A stretch of DNA of 64,000 nucleotides from Dehalococcoidia bacterium (GTDB lineage Bacteria > Chloroflexota > Dehalococcoidia > Plut-88900): positions 480,001 to 544,000 of the forward strand of contig CBDBLV010000004.1 in NCBI GenBank assembly GCA_965207225.1. The letters are read 5' to 3'. The notes below the pieces were generated by a model. The model did no database searches, was not told where the DNA came from, and worked only from the letters and a program-made list of their open reading frames with translations. A program made the position numbers and the translations under genes. This document shows positions 38,813 to 48,541 of the stretch, in pieces. Within the stretch, counting starts at the first letter, position 1; every line of letters begins with the position of its first letter.

Positions 38813-40093
38813 ATGGTCTTGGGCTGGCTTACGGTGGAGGAGGCCTTGGAGAAGATCCTCGGTTACGTCAAGAGGCTGAGCGTCGAGGAGAAACCCCTCC
38901 TGGACTCCCTCGGACAGGTCCTGGCGGAAGACGCAGTCTCAGAATTCTCCATACCTCCCCGCGACAACACCGCAATGGACGGATACGCCGTCCGCTGGGA
39001 CGACATCCGGTCCGCCTCCTTCGACTCCCCGGTAGACCTAAAGGTCATCGAAGAGCTCCCCGCCGGCAAGATCGCAGTCAAGGCCGTTTCCGAAGGCGTT
39101 GCCATCAGGATTATGACCGGCGCCCCTATGCCCGATGGCGCCGACACCATAGTCCCCTTTGAAGACACCGACGAACTGGACCGTAATCCAAAACCCGGAC
39201 CCGGTGGTGTTGATGAGATTGGTATCCGTAAGGCATGGAAGATTGGCTCAAATATCCGCCGCGCCGGAGAAGACGTGGTTCCCGGAACAGTCATCATAAA
39301 GGCAGGCACTGTCCTACGTCCCGCCGAGATCGGAGTCCTTGCCTCCCTCGGAATGCCTACGGTCAAGGTCTATCGCAAGCCCGTTATCTCCGTTCTAGCC
39401 ACCGGGGACGAGCTCTTGGAAGTGGGAGAGGCCCTCGCCCCCGGCAAGATCTACAACAGCAACAACTACAGCGTCGCAGGCCTCGTGCTGCGATACGGCG
39501 GCATCCCCAAGGTCCTCGGTATCGCCCGGGACAACATGGACTCCCTCCAGGCCAAGATAGCCGAAGGCGTGGACGCCGATATGGTGATCACCTCCGCGGG
39601 AGTCTCCAAGGGTGACTATGACATCGTGAAGGACGTCCTCGCCCAGGAGGGCGAAATAGCCTTCTGGATGGTCAAAATGAAGCCCGCCCGGCCCCTCGCC
39701 TTTGGCCTCCTGAAGACCCGCGACACCTCGGGCCGCATGCGGGAGGTGCCCCACCTCGGACTTCCCGGCAACCCCGTAAGCTCCATGATCGCTTTCGAGC
39801 AGTTCGGGCGTCCTGCCTTGCTTAAAATGCAGGGCAAGAAAGACCTCGCCAAGCCCACCATAGAAGCCGTGATGGAGGACTCCATAGTCAACACTGACGG
39901 CCGACGCATTTTCGCCCGAGCCGTCGTCACCAAGCGCAACGGCCAATACTACGCCCGCACTACCGGGCCCCAGGGCTCCGGCATCCTGACTTCCATGTCT
40001 CTGGCCAACGGCCTCGCCATCGTCCCCGAGGATGTGGCCGCCGTCAGCGCGGGTGACTTTGTCCAGGTCCAGATGCTCGACTGGGGAGCCTAG
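38813..40093 (+). CDS. moeA: Molybdopterin molybdotransferase
   Basis: AMDGYA, IMTGAP, TGDEL, LPGNPVS, QGSG. Confidence 0.93.
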   Translation: MVLGWLTVEEALEKILGYVKRLSVEEKPLLDSLGQVLAEDAVSEFSIPPRDNTAMDGYAVRWDDIRSASFDSPVDLKVIEELPAGKIAVKAVSEGVAIRIMTGAPMPDGADTIVPFEDTDELDRNPKPGPGGVDEIGIRKAWKIGSNIRRAGEDVVPGTVIIKAGTVLRPAEIGVLASLGMPTVKVYRKPVISVLATGDELLEVGEALAPGKIYNSNNYSVAGLVLRYGGIPKVLGIARDNMDSLQAKIAEGVDADMVITSAGVSKGDYDIVKDVLAQEGEIAFWMVKMKPARPLAFGLLKTRDTSGRMREVPHLGLPGNPVSSMIAFEQFGRPALLKMQGKKDLAKPTIEAVMEDSIVNTDGRRIFARAVVTKRNGQYYARTTGPQGSGILTSMSLANGLAIVPEDVAAVSAGDFVQVQMLDWGA

Positions 40094-40103
40094 CCCCGAC
40101 GCC

Positions 40104-40385
40104 TCAGTCCACCCTGAACCCGATATACTGCTCCTCCGCATCGGACCAGCATGCCTCCACTGCCTCTACCTTGGCAGCCGGTGGGCCTATGTGAAGACGC
40201 TCCAAAAGACGTTCCAACTCCACTCTTGGCCCCTCCGCAACAACCTCCACGGAACTGCCGTCGACCCGATTGTACGCGTATCCCGTCAGTCCGCGTGAGA
40301 TGGCTTCGTTCTGCACAAAATACCTGAAGTAGACTCCCTGCACCCGTCCACGGACCAGTGCGGTGACTCTGACTGCGTCACTCAT
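40104..40385 (-). CDS. acyP: Acylphosphatase
   Basis: GRVQGVYFR, N..DGS, GPPAAKV. Confidence 0.9.
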   Translation of the reverse strand: MSDAVRVTALVRGRVQGVYFRYFVQNEAISRGLTGYAYNRVDGSSVEVVAEGPRVELERLLERLHIGPPAAKVEAVEACWSDAEEQYIGFRVD

Positions 40386-40515
40386 GTGGTTGTCTCAAGC
40401 CAGGGAGAATCGGCAGCACAGCCTACTTCACTTTCCTTGGTCGCGACATCCCCATTCGCATTGCGTGGCGAAATGTCGCAAGCCTATAATGACATCCCCC
40501 GGAGGAGAGCATTCA

Positions 40516-41103
40516 GTGAATCGACACCGCCGCAGGGACAACCAGTTCGAGCGCATTGCCCCAGACAGGCCGGGTGAGGACGTCCTGCGCCGAAGAGTCC
40601 GGTCCAATCCTCAGCTCAGGCTGAGGCCTGGTCTGCCAGGCGTCGTGAATTTCGGAAAGGTGCTCTTCACCGAGACTCCCCTGCTCCTTTCACTGTCCAT
40701 TGTAGCCTTCATGGCCGGCATCGTAGCCACCCTTATCTACTTTTTGGAAAGGACCGCCAATCCCAACGTAGGTAGTTTCGTAGATGCGCTATGGTGGGCC
40801 ATCTTCACCATGCAGACCGCCGGAAACAGCTGGAGGCCCGAGACCCTATGGGGCGGCATCGTCGGTGGAGGCTGGTCCATTATCGGCACCATCATGTTCT
40901 ATGGCGCAATTATCGCGAGCGTCACCGTCTTCTTCATACGCAGGCGGGAACGCACCGATGTGGAATTGATCACCACAATCAAGCGAAACTTGGATGACCT
41001 GGACAACCTCACGCTGGAGGAGTTGGAGCTCCTTAGAGAGTCCACCAGCAATCTGGTTGCCCTCCATATTGAACAGATCAAAATGCGCACCCCGAACAGG
41101 TGA
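40516..41103 (+). CDS. Two-TM potassium-channel-like protein
   Basis: SFVDALWWAIFTMQTAG pore helix between two TM segments; GTG start after GGAGGAG. Confidence 0.65.
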   Translation: MNRHRRRDNQFERIAPDRPGEDVLRRRVRSNPQLRLRPGLPGVVNFGKVLFTETPLLLSLSIVAFMAGIVATLIYFLERTANPNVGSFVDALWWAIFTMQTAGNSWRPETLWGGIVGGGWSIIGTIMFYGAIIASVTVFFIRRRERTDVELITTIKRNLDDLDNLTLEELELLRESTSNLVALHIEQIKMRTPNR

Positions 41104-41143
41104 TTGACCCACTCTTCCATCCTCCGAGTTAAAATACAAAACG

Positions 41144-41578
41144 ATGATTTACAGACGTATCATGGTGGCCGTAGACGGCAACACCGCCGACGAAGAGGCC
41201 GTATCTCTCGCCTGTAGGTTCGCCCAGGAAAGCAAGGGCACGGTCTTCGTACTCTACGTCATTGAAGTTCCTCGCTCATTCCCCCTGGATGCGGAAATGG
41301 GGTTGGAGGTCCGAAAGGCAGAGGCTGTCCTTGACTACATGGAAAGCCTGGCCAAGGGCCAGCACACATCGGTACAGACCGAAGTTGTCCAGGCCCGACA
41401 CTCGGGCCTGGGCGTTGTCAAGGCAGCAGCTGATCGCAGGATCGACCTGGTGGTGATGAACACCCTCTACGAAAGAAAATACGGGGAGTTCACCCTTGGC
41501 AGCGCCGCACCATACGTCTTGGAAAACGCGAAGTGCCACGTTTGGCTCTACCGCGGCCCTATGAATGGCGCAGGTTAA
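41144..41578 (+). CDS. Universal stress protein
   Basis: IMVAVDG, DLVVM, LGS, AKCHV. Confidence 0.85.
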   Translation: MIYRRIMVAVDGNTADEEAVSLACRFAQESKGTVFVLYVIEVPRSFPLDAEMGLEVRKAEAVLDYMESLAKGQHTSVQTEVVQARHSGLGVVKAAADRRIDLVVMNTLYERKYGEFTLGSAAPYVLENAKCHVWLYRGPMNGAG

Positions 41579-41642
41579 CCTTGCCCTATTGTCTCATCGG
41601 AGTGAGCAGTTCGACTCCGCTGGAAATCTTCGTGAGTACACA

Positions 41643-42041
41643 ATGAATATAGTAATTGTAGGATGCGGCAGGGTCGGCGGCAGGCTTGGAACTGTCCTGG
41701 ATGCTGAAGGCCACAAGGTCACGGTCATGGATATCGACGAGGACAGCTTCCGTTTCTTGGGCCCCAGCTTCCGAGGTGAAGCGTTGATCGGCGACGGCAC
41801 CGACGATGACGACCTCGTCCGAACGGACATCGACGATACCGACGTTCTCATCGCGGCAACCGAGGATGACTCTTGCAACTTGCTCGCCGCTCAGAAGGCC
41901 AAGGTCCAGTACAAGGTCCCGAAAGTCGTCTGCCGGGTCTATGACCCCGTCCAGAAAGAACTCTTTAGAGATTTAGGAGTCGAAACCGTCACCCCGACTA
42001 CAGTTACCGTGGAGCTTCTCAAGGACGCGATCGAGAGGTAG
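41643..42041 (+). CDS. trkA: TrkA-N (RCK-N) potassium uptake regulator
   Basis: VGCGRVG, GDGTD. Confidence 0.8.
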   Translation: MNIVIVGCGRVGGRLGTVLDAEGHKVTVMDIDEDSFRFLGPSFRGEALIGDGTDDDDLVRTDIDDTDVLIAATEDDSCNLLAAQKAKVQYKVPKVVCRVYDPVQKELFRDLGVETVTPTTVTVELLKDAIER

Positions 42042-42052
42042 GTGCCGCCAAC

Positions 42053-42736
42053 TTGTACATACTCCTAGTCGGGGGAGGCACCCTCTCCCATAACCTCGCC
42101 AAGGACCTCCTGCTGCGTTCCCATGAAGTGCTGATTGTCGAGCGTGATAGGGAGCGCGGCGAAGAGCTGTCTCGGATACTCGGCGATGTGGTATTGCGCG
42201 GTGACGGTTGCGAGGCTTCCGTCCTCGAAATGGCAGGTGCCAGCCGCGCCGACACCCTCATCGCCACCACCCGCGAGGACAAGGACAACCTGACTGCCTG
42301 CCAGGTCGCAAAAGCCAGGTTTCGCATCCCCCGCACCATATCCACCATCAACGACCCCCGCAACGAGCCGCTCTTCAAAAGGCTAGGTGTGGACGTGACC
42401 ATCAGCGTTACGGACATTATCCTCTCCAACATAGAACACCGGATACCGGAGCGTTCCGTAGTGCCGCTCTTTGAAATTGAGGAGTCGGGCGCCGAGCTCG
42501 TATCCGTCAAAATCCCCCCCGACGGCGGAATCAATGGTAAGCGGCTTGAAGATATCACGCTCCCGGAGGGCACAATCGTCACCCTAGTTATAGATAAGGA
42601 CGGTGCCGCCCAGCCCCCCAAACCCGACCTCGTACTCAATGAAGCCGACGAAGTAATCGCCTTGACCTCGTCTGAGGAAAAAGAGACCTTGCGCGCCACG
42701 CTTTCCGGCGAACTAATCCCTAGTTCCGATGACTAA
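42053..42736 (+). CDS. trkA: TrkA-family protein (RCK-N plus RCK-C)
   Basis: VGGG, GDGCE, DKDNL, LGVD, C-terminal TrkA-C. Confidence 0.82.
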   Translation: MYILLVGGGTLSHNLAKDLLLRSHEVLIVERDRERGEELSRILGDVVLRGDGCEASVLEMAGASRADTLIATTREDKDNLTACQVAKARFRIPRTISTINDPRNEPLFKRLGVDVTISVTDIILSNIEHRIPERSVVPLFEIEESGAELVSVKIPPDGGINGKRLEDITLPEGTIVTLVIDKDGAAQPPKPDLVLNEADEVIALTSSEEKETLRATLSGELIPSSDD

Positions 42737-43556
42737 GCGCCTCGGGTTCCTCGGCCCTCCCGGTACCTTCACCGAAGAAGCCGCTGTTCTTTATGACTCC
42801 GGCGCCCACCTCGTTCCCCTTCCATCCATCTCTGCCGTGGGCTCCGGAGTCGTCTCCGGCATGGTCGAAGAGGGTGTGGTTGCCATCGAAAACAGCATCG
42901 AAGGCTCCGTCACCGACACCTTGGACCTCCTCATTCACGGCTCGGACCTCGCCATCAAGTACGAGGTCGTTCTGCCCATCCGCCACTGCCTCCTCGTCCA
43001 GCCCGGGGCCCAGGCCAACGACATCAAGGTCGTCTATTCCCACCCCCAGGCCCTGGCCCAGAGCCGCCGCTTCCTCGAAAGGTGCTTCCCCAAGGCACAA
43101 ATGGAAGCCGCCCTCAGCACCGCCGCAGGCGTGGAGGAAGTGAAGAAGAGCGACGGCTCAGCCGCAGCCGTCGCAACCAGGCGCGCCGCCGACCTTTACG
43201 GCGTCCACGTCCTCGCCTCCGACATTCAGGAGACCGTGACCAACGTCACCCGTTTCGTCGTCTTGGCTACCCAGGACCACCCTTCCACCGGCGCCGACCG
43301 CACCTCTCTCTGCTTCTCTTTCGATGACGACAAGCCCGGCATCCTGGTCGAGGTCCTCGGAGAGTTTGCCGGCCGGGGCATCAACCTCGGGAAAATTGAG
43401 TCCCGACCCTCCAAGGACGTCCTCGGCCGCTACATCTTCCTCGTAGACCTCTTCGGCCACCGCCTCGACCCCCCCGTCAAAGAAGCCCTTGACCGCATTA
43501 GTGAAATATCGTCCCGGCTCAGGGTATTCGGGTCCTATCCCCGCTTCACCTCATAA
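42729..43556 (+). CDS. pheA: Prephenate dehydratase
   Basis: LGPPGTFTE, IENSIEG, SHPQALAQ, NVTRF, IESRP. Confidence 0.93.
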   Translation: MTKRLGFLGPPGTFTEEAAVLYDSGAHLVPLPSISAVGSGVVSGMVEEGVVAIENSIEGSVTDTLDLLIHGSDLAIKYEVVLPIRHCLLVQPGAQANDIKVVYSHPQALAQSRRFLERCFPKAQMEAALSTAAGVEEVKKSDGSAAAVATRRAADLYGVHVLASDIQETVTNVTRFVVLATQDHPSTGADRTSLCFSFDDDKPGILVEVLGEFAGRGINLGKIESRPSKDVLGRYIFLVDLFGHRLDPPVKEALDRISEISSRLRVFGSYPRFTS

Positions 43557-43580
43557 CCCGACCAACTGAGCCGAGCGCTC

Positions 43581-43859
43581 TCACCTCGCCCCGGCTTGCC
43601 CCTCCTCCTTTGCCCCGGGGCCCCTCAGCCGCTGCACCATCTCGTTGAGTTCCGCAATCTTCTCGTCCGCCGCCTTCTGACCTTCTTCAAACGCCTCTTC
43701 AAGCTTCTCTCTGAATTCCGTCTGCACATCCTCCCCCGACAGCCCGTCGGGCTCTTTTCCCTCGCCCTGGTACTGGAACTGGGGCGAGGTAGCTAGCACT
43801 ATGGCCGCTCCCGCCGCCCCTCCCATCAGGAACCCGAGAATAAATGCAAACACGCTCAT
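43581..43859 (-). CDS. YtxH-like small membrane-anchored protein
   Basis: N-terminal GFLMGGAAGAA..P then charged helix. Confidence 0.6.
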   Translation of the reverse strand: MSVFAFILGFLMGGAAGAAIVLATSPQFQYQGEGKEPDGLSGEDVQTEFREKLEEAFEEGQKAADEKIAELNEMVQRLRGPGAKEEGQAGAR

Positions 43860-43935
43860 AACTCCTTGTTCATTGGGAAACCGTCAACCCTGGACGCGAC
43901 TCCCACCCGACCCACATCCTCTCCCCGATTAGACG

Positions 43936-44232
43936 CTACTTGCCGGAGAACTTGCTCAGGAATGAAAATGCTTTCTTTGCGCCGGCAGCCACACTCCATG
44001 CCTTGATGAGAGGCCTGATCACTGCGTCAGTGATCATCGTCGAAGACGCTGCCACGTTTCCCAGGGTCACCCGGGTGTTGTCCAAGTTTCCCTTGATCGC
44101 ATCCAGCAGCCCTCCCAGCTTGCGGTACAGCAGGAAGGCAATCAGAATCAGGATAACTACCAGCAGAGTCCCGAGTCCGAAGAAGACAATCAGGACTATG
44201 TCCCTGATAGTTCCTATAACAAGCAGGTCCAC
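43936..44232 (-). CDS. Small membrane protein (DUF948-like)
   Basis: GGAGG SD plus GTG, TM segment then amphipathic helix, next to YtxH-like gene. Confidence 0.6.
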   Translation of the reverse strand: MDLLVIGTIRDIVLIVFFGLGTLLVVILILIAFLLYRKLGGLLDAIKGNLDNTRVTLGNVAASSTMITDAVIRPLIKAWSVAAGAKKAFSFLSKFSGK

Positions 44233-44321
44233 GACTAATTCCTCCAAAAAGTCCGGCGAGATGGTAGCACACGCCTTCTCGCCCCGCCAACCTGACCAAA
44301 GGCCTCGAAAATCGTTGGCCG

Positions 44322-44486
44322 GCATCGGGACGGAGGTATCGCCATCGCATTTGTCTGCTCAGCGAGAAGGCAGGACCCCCTTCACCCGTGCCCCGAGTCA
44401 GAAGCGCCCATCAACACGACGCAGGTCAGGCTTTTGCCCTGTATTCGATCTCCGCATCGAAGCGCGTAAGCACGCAAGGCCCGATT
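44322..44486 (-). ncRNA. Candidate small structured RNA (6S-like?)
   Basis: TATATT -10 at 44493-44498, ATCGGG/CCCGAT closing stem, several internal stems. Confidence 0.3.
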
Positions 44487-44577
44487 AGAAGAAATATACC
44501 GGTATCCGGGTCCCCGTCCCCGCCTCACAGACCCCCAATCGCTGGGGGCATTGATGTCAGCTGTAGTGACTGAAGAT

Positions 44578-44790
44578 CTAGCGGACCCTGGGCATATGGC
44601 CCACGCCGCTCCCGATCGGCTCGTTAATGAAAACGTCGCCGTTTCGGATCTTCAGGTTGTAGCCGCACTTCGGGTTACTGCACACCCATGCCTTGTATCG
44701 TATCGGGGCTCCCTGGCCACCGAAGTCCGATAGCGGCAACAAATCTCCGCTGCTGCAGGCCTGGCATGTGGGAAATGATTCAGACAACAC
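44578..44790 (-). CDS. Small four-cysteine (zinc-ribbon-like) protein
   Basis: CQAC...CSNPKC, SD upstream. Confidence 0.7.
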   Translation of the reverse strand: MLSESFPTCQACSSGDLLPLSDFGGQGAPIRYKAWVCSNPKCGYNLKIRNGDVFINEPIGSGVGHMPRVR

Positions 44791-44808
44791 CTCTCGCTCC
44801 CCTCCACA

Positions 44809-44826
44809 TTGTTAATTTTTTTACAA
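44809..44826. promoter_or_regulatory. Rex-like operator
   Basis: TTGTTAA-TTTT-TTTACAA vs Rex consensus TTGTGAA-N4-TTCACAA, just downstream of minus-strand TGgTATATT -10. Confidence 0.55.
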
Positions 44827-44951
44827 AGTGGCTAGGCTTAAATATACCACCACGCCACCCTGATTTGCAAGCAACCTGGGAAGAATGCCGCCACCTCCTG
44901 CGCCTCCCTCCGATGGCAAACTCTTCGGTACCGCCCCTGGCCCGTTGCCCT

Positions 44952-45530
44952 TCACTGCCCCTTAGGGGTCCGGGCAATGGCATCCCGCACCTCGGGATAG
45001 GCATGCTTGGTCATCCGAGGCGGAATCTTCGGCTTGGGCCCCGAGTCCTCCACCATCAGGCAGACCAGCGTCGGGCCCCGCTTCTCCAGGATTTCCGGCA
45101 GGGTCAGTGCGAACTCCTCTAGTTCATCGAACTCGAAGACATTAGCGTATCCCGCCGCCTTTGCCATCCCTGTGAAGGAGAACTTCCCTACCCCCGGCAG
45201 GGGCTGCGCCCCGCTCAGCCCGTACACATTGTTCTGGTATACGAAATGGACGAAGTTCTCCGGCGCCATGTTGGCTATCGTCACCAGGCTCCCGAGGTTC
45301 ATCAAAAGGCTCCCGTCCGAGTCCACTACCTGCACCTTCAGGTCCGGCCTGCCCAGCGCCAGCCCGAGTCCTATCGACGATGCCTTGCTCATCGAGTTGA
45401 TCAACGGCAGGTGAAACTCCTGCCTGTCCGATATCGAGTCCCAGACCGTATACGGAGTCTCCGTGGTTATCACCACCGAGTCCCCCTGGTTCCGGGAAAT
45501 CACCTTGAGCGCTTCTATGCCGGGTATCAT
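44952..45530 (-). CDS. TPP-dependent decarboxylase beta subunit (sulfopyruvate decarboxylase ComE-like)
   Basis: SMSKASSIGLG, DGSLLMNLG..NN TPP motif. Confidence 0.8.
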   Translation of the reverse strand: MIPGIEALKVISRNQGDSVVITTETPYTVWDSISDRQEFHLPLINSMSKASSIGLGLALGRPDLKVQVVDSDGSLLMNLGSLVTIANMAPENFVHFVYQNNVYGLSGAQPLPGVGKFSFTGMAKAAGYANVFEFDELEEFALTLPEILEKRGPTLVCLMVEDSGPKPKIPPRMTKHAYPEVRDAIARTPKGQ

Positions 45531-46036
45531 CCTTGCTGGTACTCCGCTCCAATCAATACGGCCACGGGCTTCGACTTCTCCTGGGTCTCGGAGTACGCCG
45601 TCGATATCCGACCGACGTCCTCGTCCGTCTCCACCAGGTGGTATTCCATCCCCCACGCGCCGAGGATTGGCTCCAGGTACGTCGCCGCCGTGTCCACAAT
45701 CTCACCCTCCCGCTTGAACCCCCGATACCCGATGAATATCAGCAGCGGCAGCCCCACGTCCAGCGCCAACCCCCTCACCGCATCCCCCGATTCGTAGAAT
45801 CCCGTGCTCTGGATCATGCACACCGGCTTCTGCCCCGCCAGGATCAGGCCCATCGCTATGGGGATCGCCTCACCTTCGCGGCAAACCGGCACCAGCTTGA
45901 TGTCCGGGTCTGACGCCACCGCATCATATAGGAACCGGCTCTCCGTATCCGGGAGCCACACAATGTGGCTCACGCCCAGCTTCTTCAGCTCCTCAAGGAT
46001 CGAGGTCGGGGTTAGGGTCTTTTCACCTGTAGTCAT
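45527..46036 (-). CDS. TPP-dependent decarboxylase alpha subunit (ComD-like)
   Basis: WLPD, CREGEA, IQSTG, GYRG. Confidence 0.8.
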   Translation of the reverse strand: MTTGEKTLTPTSILEELKKLGVSHIVWLPDTESRFLYDAVASDPDIKLVPVCREGEAIPIAMGLILAGQKPVCMIQSTGFYESGDAVRGLALDVGLPLLIFIGYRGFKREGEIVDTAATYLEPILGAWGMEYHLVETDEDVGRISTAYSETQEKSKPVAVLIGAEYQQG

Positions 46037-46068
46037 GGTTTGCAGCGTTGCGTCCTTTGCCCGGCGCC

Positions 46069-46437
46069 CTAGTCCGCAGGTATCACCGCCCGACGGTGCG
46101 ATGCGACCCCGATCTTCTTGTCACCCTCGTACGCTTCTATCGAATACGTCAGTTTGTTATTGTCCACTTCCGTCAGCTCCGACTTCACCGTCACCTTCCC
46201 ACCGACAGACGTGGGCGCGATGTGCCGGAGCCTGTCAACGGCGAACCCCACCGTGGTGAAACCTTTGGGCAGTAGGTGGTCCGTGGCCTTGATGCTCGTG
46301 TCTTCCATCAACCCCAGCATTGCCGGCGTCGAAAGCACGTCTGCGCCCTCCTTGCCCGTCCGGTTCGTGGTCAGGTCCTTTGTGACGGTAACTTCTTGCT
46401 CTGCGCTTTGGCCGGGTCGGATTGCACTCAAGTCCAT
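46069..46437 (-). CDS. Thioesterase (fluoroacetyl-CoA thioesterase-like)
   Basis: VLSTPAMLGLME, TTVG, HIAPT, HRRA. Confidence 0.8.
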   Translation of the reverse strand: MDLSAIRPGQSAEQEVTVTKDLTTNRTGKEGADVLSTPAMLGLMEDTSIKATDHLLPKGFTTVGFAVDRLRHIAPTSVGGKVTVKSELTEVDNNKLTYSIEAYEGDKKIGVASHRRAVIPAD

Positions 46438-46504
46438 GGTATCCAGTCCTTCTGCAGATTATTTGGCCCAAACCCCATTTTACAACAGCCCCGCCCCGCC
46501 GACC

Positions 46505-46705
46505 CTACCCCCGACCCCCCAGCCTGTACCTGTAGTACACGTACAACGTCACCAATGCCGTCGGGATTAACAGGATGATTGCACCCAGGATCAGTACCGC
46601 CGCCCATCCATCCACACCGAACATCGTGTCGATCCGGTGCATTATGGCGTCCAGCAGGTCGGGGTCGATAGCCCCTTCATGGTGGGCCGTGATAATTGGA
46701 AGCAA
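46505..46705 (-). CDS. Small membrane protein
   Basis: GGAGAG SD plus TTG, single TM, basic C-tail. Confidence 0.5.
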   Translation of the reverse strand: MLPIITAHHEGAIDPDLLDAIMHRIDTMFGVDGWAAVLILGAIILLIPTALVTLYVYYRYRLGGRG

Positions 46706-46720
46706 AGTCAGGTCTCTCCG

Positions 46721-48043
46721 TTAGGAGGCCAGCGCTGGCTCGGGCTCCTGGTACCTGATCGAATATTTCTTTTCCCGGATCGTGAAGGAGGATAGCGCAG
46801 CCGGAATTAACATCAGCCCTACAATAGCGAAGGGAATGAAGTAGCTTCCGGTCACGTCTCTCATCTCGCCGCCAAACTGCACGGCTGCCGCACTGCCAAT
46901 CTGGTGGGCCAGGAAAGCAATACTGTTCATGGTTCCCAGGCTCCTCAGCCCGTAAACGTCTGCAGTCAGTGAAGTCGTCAGCGGCGCGGTCGCCCACCAC
47001 GAAAATCCCCCGATACCCACGAAAGTCCATATCCCCCATCCCCCCGGCAGCAACAGCAGCGCCGCATACCCCAACCCCCTGGTCGCATATACCAGCGCCA
47101 GCAGGTTCTTCCGACCCATCTTGTCCGAGATCAGGCTTATCCCCACCAGCCCGAATATGTTCAGCCCGTTCATTATTCCGAAGGCCAGCGCCGCCGTGGA
47201 TTCGGTGACTCCCTTGTCAACCGCGTATGGCACGAAGTGAGTCCCCATGATTGCCGTGGTTGCCCCACAGACGAAATACGCCCCGCACATCTGCCAGATC
47301 GGCGCCGACCTCAGCGCCCTCCTCCAGGACTCCGTCTCCAGCGGGCCCTTAGCTTCAACAGCCTGCAGTTTCCGGTTCCGCCCCACTTGCCGCACTGGCT
47401 CGGCGTCTCCGTCGGGCTGCAGGCCCATCTTCTCGGGGCTCTCCCTGAAGATGAAGAAAGCCGCCGGCAATGCGAATATCAGAATCAGCGCTCCCAGCAC
47501 CACCCAGCCCGTGCGCCAGTTGGTCGTCGATATCAGGTACTGCGTGAACGGCACCAGCAGCATCCCGCCAATCGAAGCCCCGGCCATGCTGATTCCCAGC
47601 ACCGTCGCCCGATGCTTCCGGAACCACTTCGCCAGCATCGCCCCGGTTATCGGGTCCCCTGCACCGCTAGTCGCAACCGCCTGGACAATGCCGTACATCG
47701 CGATCAGGAAAACCAGGTGGAAAGTCTGCATCAGCAGCAGCATGGACACGCCCAGGATAATCAGGCTGGGGACAACTACTCTCCGGGCCCCGTATCGGTC
47801 GTATACCCGGCCCAGGAACGGCTGTGAAAACCCGTTGACCAACAGCCCGATCGAAGCGGCCAGCGAGATCTCGCCCCTGTCCCAGCCAAAGTCCGCCTCC
47901 AGCGGTAGGATGAATACGGTAAAGCTACTCCGACCCCCGATTGACACGAAATTGATTAGCAGGCACACGCCCACGATGAGCCAGCCGTAGAACAGCGGAC
48001 TGCGGGAGTCTCTGTCAGTCGGTGTGATGGTGCCTTCAGCCAT
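46721..48043 (-). CDS. MFS transporter
   Basis: FYGWLIV, GRVYDRYGAR motif A, WFRKHR, DKMGRK. Confidence 0.9.
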   Translation of the reverse strand: MAEGTITPTDRDSRSPLFYGWLIVGVCLLINFVSIGGRSSFTVFILPLEADFGWDRGEISLAASIGLLVNGFSQPFLGRVYDRYGARRVVVPSLIILGVSMLLLMQTFHLVFLIAMYGIVQAVATSGAGDPITGAMLAKWFRKHRATVLGISMAGASIGGMLLVPFTQYLISTTNWRTGWVVLGALILIFALPAAFFIFRESPEKMGLQPDGDAEPVRQVGRNRKLQAVEAKGPLETESWRRALRSAPIWQMCGAYFVCGATTAIMGTHFVPYAVDKGVTESTAALAFGIMNGLNIFGLVGISLISDKMGRKNLLALVYATRGLGYAALLLLPGGWGIWTFVGIGGFSWWATAPLTTSLTADVYGLRSLGTMNSIAFLAHQIGSAAAVQFGGEMRDVTGSYFIPFAIVGLMLIPAALSSFTIREKKYSIRYQEPEPALAS

Positions 48044-48145
48044 AATCAAGTCGTGGGAACGGCGTCAGATTACCACCCCCCTGGCGTAATTGGCAAAGAG
48101 CAATCCACCTTAAATACACGGACGCCATCACCCCCGACTGTTCCG

Positions 48146-48490
48146 TAATTCCCGCCTCGGCGCGGGGCCGCTCGCCCTGAGGCCCCTCGAAGAGCCTGCC
48201 CCTGCGAAGGCAGGGGGTCAAGCGGGGGGTGGCCCACCCCCCGACAACCCCTCACTTCCATCCATCGCCAACCCCCGCCCCTCTCTGTCATTCCGATGCC
48301 CTGCGAGGAATCTGGGGCGGGGTGGGTGGTCCCCCTCCTCCCTCCAGTACTGAACTAGAGGCAGACGTGGGTGCGCTGCACCCACGTCTGCCTCTGTTCT
48401 TCTCTCCCCCTCTCCCTTATAGGCCCTAAGGGAGAGGGGGAGAAAGGGGGTGAGGGTTCCCCTGGGGGGTTGGGGGGTATTCCCCCAAAA
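48146..48490. repeat. REP-like palindrome cluster
   Basis: Same unit types as 27510-28392. Confidence 0.8.
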
Positions 48491-48507
48491 CCCGTGCCCA
48501 AAAGCCC

Positions 48508-48535
48508 TTGACTTCTATTACACCCGTGCTAAACT
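48508..48535 (+). promoter_or_regulatory. Sigma70-type promoter
   Basis: TTGACT-16 nt-TAAACT with extended -10 TG, at the position equivalent to 28408-28436. Confidence 0.65.
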
Positions 48536-48541
48536 GTTTCA

